Positions 35,726 through 41,815 of a DNA stretch of 41,815 nucleotides are shown one piece after another. The stretch is from Leptospirales bacterium (lineage in GTDB: Bacteria; Spirochaetota; Leptospiria; Turneriellales; JAOUFE01), in contig JBEQLE010000018.1 of the NCBI GenBank assembly GCA_040326155.1, positions 1 to 41,815 of the forward strand, read 5' to 3'. Below the pieces are notes generated by a model. That model ran no database searches and was not told the origin of the DNA. It saw only the letters and a program-made list of their open reading frames with translations. Position 1 is the first letter of the stretch, and the number at the start of each line of letters is the position of its first letter. The position numbers and the translations under genes were made by a program.

Positions 35726-36955
35726 TCACCAAGCTTCTACAGGTAGAAATTCAAAAGTTTTTTGAAAGCCTACCGCGTCGCGTACCTTATCGAGTAACCC
35801 CAATAAGTCGCCATTAATAATCTTCTTATACGAGTCTACTTTTATTTTTTGGAATGGTATTTCCAGTGCTTCGAAAAGCGGAATAAAACTTTCATCTGCG
35901 TATTTTGGTATGCCATCTATAACTACCAACATTATATCTTCATAACTCATATCTGTTATCGCTGAATATGGATTGCTTTTATCTCCGTTTACTATAATTA
36001 GGTCGGCTAAATACCCTTCTTTTATTTGCCCCTGCCGTTTTAAAGAAAATGCCTGGGCTGGATTTTTCGTAAGCATATTCAAAATGGTTTTTTGTGCCAA
36101 CTCTTCCCCGTAAGCCTCTTTATAGAACTCCTGTCCTACAAAAATTTCTTGAAAAAGACTGGATGAACCGGACATTGGTGAGTCAGTTCCCAGGCAGACG
36201 TTAATTTTGTTATCTAGTAATTTCTTTATGGGGGCGGTTTGTTCAAACATATATAAATTCGATGCCGGACACCAAACCACATTACACTCATTTTGTTTCA
36301 GTAATTTAATATCGGCATCTGAAAATGCAATTCCATGCACCAATACCGTGTTTTTACTTAAAGCTTGTTTTTCATTTAAAGTAGTAACAGAACGAATTGT
36401 TTCTTCGTCATACCCTTCCGAGCAATGGGCGACGAAAGGAATATCGTTTTTTGTGGCATTTGCATGTTCATTCTCAATGGTATCGCCCCATTTTAAAGAA
36501 AACGAAGTTACCGAGTGTGCTACCGCGTACTCTTCAATCAGCTTAATCGGCAAATCGTCTTTAAACATATCTTGAACAAAGTGTGGTATGTGATCTTGGA
36601 CTGAGGTTATTCCACATAACAGGTGGCGAAAAGCCCCCATCTGGTATAAATCTTTCGATTCAATCTGTTGCCTTTCTGCATATACAGGGTTGGACTTTAA
36701 ATCGTTGTCCCATACCAACCAGTTCATGTATGGTTTTCGGTCGCCGACTCGCGGCATGTACGAACCCAGCAAATGATCGTGTCCGTTAATTAATCCAGGG
36801 TATACTATTAATCCGTTTAAATCAATTTGTATGTTGGAGCTTCCGCCCTCACCTTTGCCAACTTTGGCAATTTCATCTTTTTCAACCGTTAAAGTTCCGT
36901 TTTGGATTACGGTATCTGGTGTTACAATGGTTCCGTTTATCAATTCCCAGCTCAT
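35726..36955 (-). CDS. Metal-dependent amidohydrolase (deaminase-like)
   Basis: 'PGLINGHDH', 'AHCSEG', 'VHGI', 'WCPASN', 'GTDS', 'G.LADLI'. Confidence 0.9.
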   Translation of the reverse strand: MSWELINGTIVTPDTVIQNGTLTVEKDEIAKVGKGEGGSSNIQIDLNGLIVYPGLINGHDHLLGSYMPRVGDRKPYMNWLVWDNDLKSNPVYAERQQIESKDLYQMGAFRHLLCGITSVQDHIPHFVQDMFKDDLPIKLIEEYAVAHSVTSFSLKWGDTIENEHANATKNDIPFVAHCSEGYDEETIRSVTTLNEKQALSKNTVLVHGIAFSDADIKLLKQNECNVVWCPASNLYMFEQTAPIKKLLDNKINVCLGTDSPMSGSSSLFQEIFVGQEFYKEAYGEELAQKTILNMLTKNPAQAFSLKRQGQIKEGYLADLIIVNGDKSNPYSAITDMSYEDIMLVVIDGIPKYADESFIPLFEALEIPFQKIKVDSYKKIINGDLLGLLDKVRDAVGFQKTFEFLPVEAW

Positions 36956-36961
36956 GTTTCC

Positions 36962-37627
36962 TCAAGTCTTTATTAAGTTATTATTTAGGTATAAAACAGG
37001 GTTTACCGGTTTTCCATTAAATGCCATCAATATAAATAGTTTATGGTTTTCCACTATTGCAATCTTCTCGCCAGCATTGACATATTGACCTCGTTTTACA
37101 TTGAGCTTGCTCAAGTGTGAATACATGGTATGCCACCCTTTCCCATGGTCAATCAAAATATATTCTCCATATCCACGAAGTTGTCCAATTTTTATTACTT
37201 TACCGCCGGCCATTGCCATAACTTCGCTAGAACCAATAACCTGGGCTACAATACCATAGTTTCGACCCTCGCCATAGGGTCGATACCCTTTAATTATATT
37301 CATTCTACCAACCGGATTAACAATTTTTTCAGAAAATGTTGCCGAGGGTTGACTTTGCTTGTTTAGAACACTCTTTCGAATTTTTAATTTCTGGCCAACA
37401 AATATTTTGTCAGGACTTTTAATTCGGTTCCAGGCAATAATATCATTAGATTTAACCTTATATTTGCGTGCGATGACGGTTAAGTTTTCGCCTCTTTTTA
37501 TGGTGTGGCTCACCCAGACGTCTTTTCTAGATGCCGATTCCACAGAAGAAAAAATGGCTAAACATAATACCAACCATACCGATATTCGAGTAAGGTCAAA
37601 TTTACGTAACGAACACATCTTCATCAC
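36962..37627 (-). CDS. LysM + M23-like (probably degenerate) protein
   Basis: LysM 'HTIKRGENL..IARKY.V....I..WN....P..I..GQKLKI'; M23-like 'GYGEYILIDH..GW.TMYSHL'. The HxxxD and HxH zinc motifs are not conserved. Confidence 0.85.
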   Translation of the reverse strand: MMKMCSLRKFDLTRISVWLVLCLAIFSSVESASRKDVWVSHTIKRGENLTVIARKYKVKSNDIIAWNRIKSPDKIFVGQKLKIRKSVLNKQSQPSATFSEKIVNPVGRMNIIKGYRPYGEGRNYGIVAQVIGSSEVMAMAGGKVIKIGQLRGYGEYILIDHGKGWHTMYSHLSKLNVKRGQYVNAGEKIAIVENHKLFILMAFNGKPVNPVLYLNNNLIKT

Positions 37628-37632
37628 TTTTA

Positions 37633-37660
37633 TTTTCGGCTACGCGTGTTTTAAACTATA
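37633..37660 (-). promoter_or_regulatory. Possible sigma28-like promoter for the LysM-amidohydrolase-cNMP operon
   Basis: TATAGTTT-N12-GCCGAAAA versus extended consensus TAAAGTTT-N11-GCCGATAA. Confidence 0.4.
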
Positions 37661-37752
37661 GGTGAGTCGAAAGCACTTTCATAAAACACACAAATAAATT
37701 TGCCAGCTGCCAATTTCAAAAAAAAACCCTGTCCAGGGTTTTGCCACCGGCT

Positions 37753-37795
37753 CGTCGCCTGCCATATCTTTTTAGTTCGAAAATTCCCCACCAGT
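37753..37795 (-). repeat. Diverged partial copy of repeat A
   Basis: - strand ACTGGTGGGGAATTTTCGAACTAAAA..GGCAGGCGACG versus ACTGGTGGGTAATTTCCGACCAAAA..G(G/A)CAGACGACG. Confidence 0.6.
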
Positions 37796-37846
37796 TTTAT
37801 AAGTTTATAATCTAGACAGGCTATTTTCGTATTGTACTTAGTCCGA

Positions 37847-38854
37847 ATGTCGAGTTTAAAAAAAGTAGCCATAGCCGGGGCTTCCGGGGCCGTAGGTGTT
37901 GAATTTGTTCAGGTGTTAGAAACACTTGATTTTCCGATTTCTGAGTTGAAACTCTTAGCATCTGAGCGTAGCGCCGGAAAAGAGATGTCCTTTCGTGGGG
38001 AAACTCTTGTTGTTGAAAAAATGACGCCTGAGTCATTTAAGGGTGTAGATATTGCCCTGTTTTCGGCGGGAAGTTCCATCAGTAAAGATTATGAAAAACA
38101 CCTGGTCGATGCCGGCTGTATAATGATCGACAACTCCTCAGCTTTTCGAATGCGAGATGACGTCCCGCTTATAATTCCCGAAATTAATCCAGAAGATATT
38201 CAAAACCATAATGGCGTTCTCGCCAACCCAAATTGTTCTACTATTATTATGCTGATGGCGGTTTACCCCATCCATAAAGAGTTCCCTGTAAAAAGAATGG
38301 TAGTTTCGACTTACCAGGCGGCCTCGGGCGCAGGCTGGGCGGCAATGGAAGAACTTAGAGTCGCTACGGAACATCATTTGCGTGGTGAAGCATTTACACC
38401 AAAAGTTATTCCACACCCCTATGCATTTAATACTTTTTCGCACAACTCAAAGGTTGACGAAAGCGGCTATAATGAAGAAGAAAGGAAAATGGTTCGTGAA
38501 ACTCATAAAATTCTTCACGACGAATCTATTGGTATTGCGCCAACTTGTGTTCGCGTACCCGTATTTCGAGCGCACTCAGAATCTATCAATTTACAATTTA
38601 AAGATGAAGCCCCCTCGGTAAAAAAATGCCGAGAGTTAATATCCGCATTTCCTGGCCTCGAACTTGTCGATGACCCTGCCAATAACAGATTTCCCATGCC
38701 AATCGACGCTTCTGGAGCTTACGACTGCCTGGTTGGACGAATACGAAAAGATATTTCACAACCTGCAAATGGAATTGAACTATTCGTCAGCGGCGACCAG
38801 TTGCTAAAAGGTGCTGCTTTGAACGCAGTTCAAATTGCCCAGCTGTTTGTGTGA
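37847..38854 (+). CDS. asd: Aspartate-semialdehyde dehydrogenase
   Basis: 'AGASGAVG', 'LASERSAGK', 'IDNSSAFRM', 'ANPNCST', 'STYQAASGAG', 'CVRVPV.RAHSE', 'KGAALNAVQIA'. Confidence 0.98.
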   Translation: MSSLKKVAIAGASGAVGVEFVQVLETLDFPISELKLLASERSAGKEMSFRGETLVVEKMTPESFKGVDIALFSAGSSISKDYEKHLVDAGCIMIDNSSAFRMRDDVPLIIPEINPEDIQNHNGVLANPNCSTIIMLMAVYPIHKEFPVKRMVVSTYQAASGAGWAAMEELRVATEHHLRGEAFTPKVIPHPYAFNTFSHNSKVDESGYNEEERKMVRETHKILHDESIGIAPTCVRVPVFRAHSESINLQFKDEAPSVKKCRELISAFPGLELVDDPANNRFPMPIDASGAYDCLVGRIRKDISQPANGIELFVSGDQLLKGAALNAVQIAQLFV

Positions 38855-38855
38855 C

Positions 38856-38894
38856 AAGGAAGACAGAAAAAGAGAGTCCCTTCCTGACTTCCTT
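38856..38894. terminator. Hairpin right after the asd stop (possible terminator; same AAGGAAG.CAGGAA motif as 15316-15546)
   Basis: AAGGAAGACAGAAA / TTCCTGACTTCCTT, 12/14 complementary. Confidence 0.5.
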
Positions 38895-38909
38895 ATAAAA
38901 ACCTCTTCT

Positions 38910-38960
38910 TTATACCGTTACTTCGAAATCTCGCAACGCCTGGTTCAAACTTGTTTTTTT
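38910..38960 (-). repeat. Orphan duplicate of the last 17 codons of dapD
   Basis: 47/51 identical to 39098-39148; both encode KKTSLNQALRDFEVTV*. Confidence 0.95.
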
Positions 38961-39097
38961 TCTTGATTGCTTCAAAAAATCCTTCGGTTTTTTGAACGTC
39001 GCTTCGTTCGATTTACGTTTAAAGTTTTTCGCGCTCAAAAAGCGTGGTTTTTGAGCGCTGGCTTCAAGGTAAAAAAAGTCGTGTTTTCACCTTCTGA
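38961..39097. repeat. 137-bp insert with three A-tract/T-tract hairpins (REP-like)
   Basis: TTCAAAAAAT..GTTTTTTGAA (38971-38996), GCGCTCAAAAA..TTTTTGAGCGC (39031-39058), AAGGTAAAAA..TTTTCACCTT (39066-39093). Confidence 0.75.
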
Positions 39098-39922
39098 TTA
39101 TACCGTTACTTCGAAATCTCTTAACGCCTGGTTCAAACTAGTCTTTTTATCGGTGGATTCTTTTCTTTGTCCTATAATAAGAGCTGCAGGTACCTGGTAT
39201 GTTCCGGCGTTGAATTTTTTGGGGATGGTTCCGGGGATGACTACGGAGTTTTTTGGTACTCGTCCTTTTGTTATTTTTTCTTCATCGCCAGTGACATCGA
39301 TAATTTTAGTCGAAGCGGTTATAATAACCCCGCTGCCAAGAACGGCGCCCTCTTCAACATGGACCCCTTCTACAACCACACAACGCGAACCTAAAAACGC
39401 ATTGTCTTCAATAATTACAGGGACCCCTTGTGGAGGTTCAAGAACGCCACCGATACCTACCCCACCCGAAAGGTGGACATTTTTACCAATTTGAGCGCAA
39501 CTGCCGACCGTAGCCCATGTATCTACCATTGTTCCTGTTGATACATAAGCGCCAATATTTATGTAAGATGGCATTAAAACTGCCCCTGTTTCAATAAACG
39601 AACCGTACCGGGCGACGGCGGGCGGAACAACACGTACTTTTTGTTCTTCAAAACCAGTTTTTAAGGGTATTTTGTCCCAATATTCAATATCACCAGAGTG
39701 AATGGTTTTCATACCCATCAACCCAAAATAGAGTAAAATTGCTTCTTTTGTCCAGAGGTTTACTTTCCACTCACCATTTGCTTCAGGCTCGGCTACGCGA
39801 ACTTTACCTTTATCGATTAATTCAATAGATTCAAGAATTGCGTCTTTTAAGATTTTATTGCTAAAATCTCTTTCTGTTGAAGCATATGCTTCACGTATAA
39901 TTTTTTCAAGATTTGATACCAT
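39098..39922 (-). CDS. dapD: 2,3,4,5-tetrahydropyridine-2,6-dicarboxylate N-succinyltransferase
   Basis: 'G.VRVAEP...W.VN.W.KEAILLYF', 'DKIPLK', 'RVVPPAVARYGS', 'MVDTWATVGSCAQIGKNVHLSGGVGIGGVLEP'. ATG 39922 follows an AAAGGGGA RBS. Confidence 0.96.
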   Translation of the reverse strand: MVSNLEKIIREAYASTERDFSNKILKDAILESIELIDKGKVRVAEPEANGEWKVNLWTKEAILLYFGLMGMKTIHSGDIEYWDKIPLKTGFEEQKVRVVPPAVARYGSFIETGAVLMPSYINIGAYVSTGTMVDTWATVGSCAQIGKNVHLSGGVGIGGVLEPPQGVPVIIEDNAFLGSRCVVVEGVHVEEGAVLGSGVIITASTKIIDVTGDEEKITKGRVPKNSVVIPGTIPKKFNAGTYQVPAALIIGQRKESTDKKTSLNQALRDFEVTV

Positions 39923-40176
39923 AAATTCCCCTTTCGTAACCGTATAAAAGTTAAAGACCACCATGTAAATGGGAATATTTATTGTTTCTTCTTTATTCAT
40001 TTATGTACATTGATTGTAAGCGTTAATTAGCTGCTTGACAGCTAAAATCGATAAAACAAGATGCTATAGGAAAAAAAATAAAATAAAATAGATAGGAAAC
40101 AATAAAATAATTCGTCAAAGATAGTTCGAGACTAATAGAATATTATTTTTTGGGGAGTTTGAATTAAAATAGTAAA

Positions 40177-41634
40177 ATGAGCGACGTAGAAGGACATCCA
40201 TTAGATCGGATAGTTGTGGTCAAAATTGATCCTGACGATATGGCTGCATATATCAGTTTTATCAATATATATGATGGTGAAATACCAAAAAACATTATTT
40301 TCGATATTATTTCTGGATATGATATTAAATATGGGCTAAATCCATCTTTGGTAGATCAAGCCATTGCCGAGTTTACCGAAAACCCAAAAGAAAATATTAA
40401 AAAACAATTTATTGTGGCCAAAGGTATGCCCATGGTTCCAGGCCAAAATGGCAAAGTTGATATCTATATAGACGAAGCGGCACCTGTCGCCATCGATGAT
40501 ACTGGAAAAGCAGATTTTCGTAATATTGAAAAATTTCGAACTGTTGAAAAAGACCAGATACTTGCAAAAATAATCCCTGCCATTCCAGGCAAACCAGGCT
40601 ATAATGTATTTGGTGATAAAATTGCCCCTATGGCTGTTCGAGAACCAAAGCTAATCGCTGGTGAAAACGTTATTCATAACGCTGACTCCGGAGAATTAAT
40701 GGCCAGAGCAACCGGAGTTTTTAGTAAAATAAAAAATACAATCAATGTCAGTGAAGTTTTAACTATTTCCAAGAATGTTGGTTTAGAAACAGGTAACCTT
40801 CATTACGAAGGTGTCATCAAAGTGAACGGTAACATAGAACTTGGTGCCGAAGTAAGCAGTGAACGCGACTTGTTTGTAGACGGCATTATAGAGTCTGGCT
40901 CAGTTAAAGTTGGCGGCTCGTTACATGTTAGCGGCGGCATTAAAACCAGACAAGAAGGTTTAATTACTGTTAAAAGTGATGTACATGCAACTTATATAGA
41001 AAACTCTAAAGTCTACGCAGATGGATCAATGAAAATAGTAAATGCCGTTATTGGCAGTAATCTGACCTGTTGCGGCAATATTAACACTATTAAAGACGGG
41101 AGCAAAATTGTTGGCGGGGAAATTACCGCATTGGAGCATATTGCCACAGACTTTTTTGGAAATATGAATGATACCCATACAATCGTCAGTATTGGAAATC
41201 ACTTTCAATTTCAACAAATCTACGAACGTACTCTAACTGTATTTACCGAAAAAGAAGCCCTGTTGAAAGAATATATAGAAAAAGTACATGCGATGAAAGA
41301 ATATATTCAGAGAATGCAACGAAATTTGACGACTCAGAAAAAACTGGAATTTAAAAAACTATTTGACGATTATAAAGTATGTGAAAACGAATATAAAGCT
41401 GTGAAAGAAAAACTCGAGCTCGCTAAAAACAAACGATACTTCAACGGCGATGTTTTTATACATGTGAAAGACACACTCTACCCCGGTGTCGTTATTCACC
41501 ACTTTAACTTAATTGAAAAAATTACCCAGGAATACAAACATTGTACATTGAGATTTAAAAAAGGTGAAAACGGGTTTACGCTTGAATCTTACGCTCCGCC
41601 TGAATACTTGATCGGTGAAACTACGAATGCTTAA
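40177..41634 (+). CDS. FapA/DUF342 family (flagellar assembly protein A-like)
   Basis: 'VAKG..MVPGQNG', 'DFRN......VEKDQILA...PA.PG.PG..V.G', 'V..ETGNL.Y.G...V.G.I', 'GGEI.A', 'LYPGV.I'. Confidence 0.9.
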   Translation: MSDVEGHPLDRIVVVKIDPDDMAAYISFINIYDGEIPKNIIFDIISGYDIKYGLNPSLVDQAIAEFTENPKENIKKQFIVAKGMPMVPGQNGKVDIYIDEAAPVAIDDTGKADFRNIEKFRTVEKDQILAKIIPAIPGKPGYNVFGDKIAPMAVREPKLIAGENVIHNADSGELMARATGVFSKIKNTINVSEVLTISKNVGLETGNLHYEGVIKVNGNIELGAEVSSERDLFVDGIIESGSVKVGGSLHVSGGIKTRQEGLITVKSDVHATYIENSKVYADGSMKIVNAVIGSNLTCCGNINTIKDGSKIVGGEITALEHIATDFFGNMNDTHTIVSIGNHFQFQQIYERTLTVFTEKEALLKEYIEKVHAMKEYIQRMQRNLTTQKKLEFKKLFDDYKVCENEYKAVKEKLELAKNKRYFNGDVFIHVKDTLYPGVVIHHFNLIEKITQEYKHCTLRFKKGENGFTLESYAPPEYLIGETTNA

Positions 41635-41815
41635 CCAACCTTGACTTTGTATTTAATTTTTTGCTGTAAAGCCTTTCTCGGATCGACTGTCTTTTTATTC
41701 TTTTTGACTTCAAAATGTAAATGACTGCCCGTAGAAGTTCCAGTGTTACCCACTTTACCGATCATCGCACCGGATTTTACATAATTTCCCTTTTTAACCA
41801 CAATTTTCGAAGCAT
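41631..41815 (-). CDS. M23 family peptidase, C-terminal end (5' part outside window)
   Basis: Own translation of the - strand: [60 protein letters not shown], with the HLHF motif. Confidence 0.9.
   Translation of the reverse strand, partial: ASKIVVKKGNYVKSGAMIGKVGNTGTSTGSHLHFEVKKNKKTVDPRKALQQKIKYKVKVG

Noticed and set aside
38967..39494. 175-aa ORF on the + strand
   Set aside because: Antisense shadow of dapD extended through the hairpin insert.
31943..40060. TTGACA hexamers upstream of nadA (31943) and fapA (40035) as sigma70 promoters
   Set aside because: No acceptable -10 element at 16-18 bp spacing.
1522..41217. Numerous 60-130 aa ORFs nested in or antisense to long genes (e.g. 3288, 4604, 15890, 27355, 34801, 36207)
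   Set aside because: They overlap well-supported CDSs and show no motifs; expected shadow ORFs.

Overview
AT-rich bacterial chromosome segment. A Leptospira-like spirochaete is inferred from FapA, spirochaetal-style lipoboxes and a PorV/FadL-barrel-TPR fusion; this is not proven. Most of the window is housekeeping and envelope genes: NSS transporter, hom, polA, panC, DctM, prmA, LptF/G, GlmU-like, cstA-(CC-ending small protein)-ArsA, rhomboid, OppF, nadA, a cNMP-signalling operon, asd, dapD and fapA. A ~5.4 kb accessory patch (8165-13600) follows panC. It holds a diverged second copy of the panC 3' end, a Fic gene, a HigBA toxin-antitoxin pair, duplicated lipoprotein genes and a dispersed hairpin repeat. 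It also holds an integron-type gene cassette whose attC inverse core appears to be cut by an antisense group II intron remnant (D5-D6), plus a small TIR element at the upstream core site. No integrase or reverse transcriptase is in the window. Separately, the last 17 codons of dapD are duplicated with only synonymous changes around a 137-bp three-hairpin insert. No tRNA, rRNA or CRISPR array was seen. Family assignments are from motif recognition by eye, not database searches.
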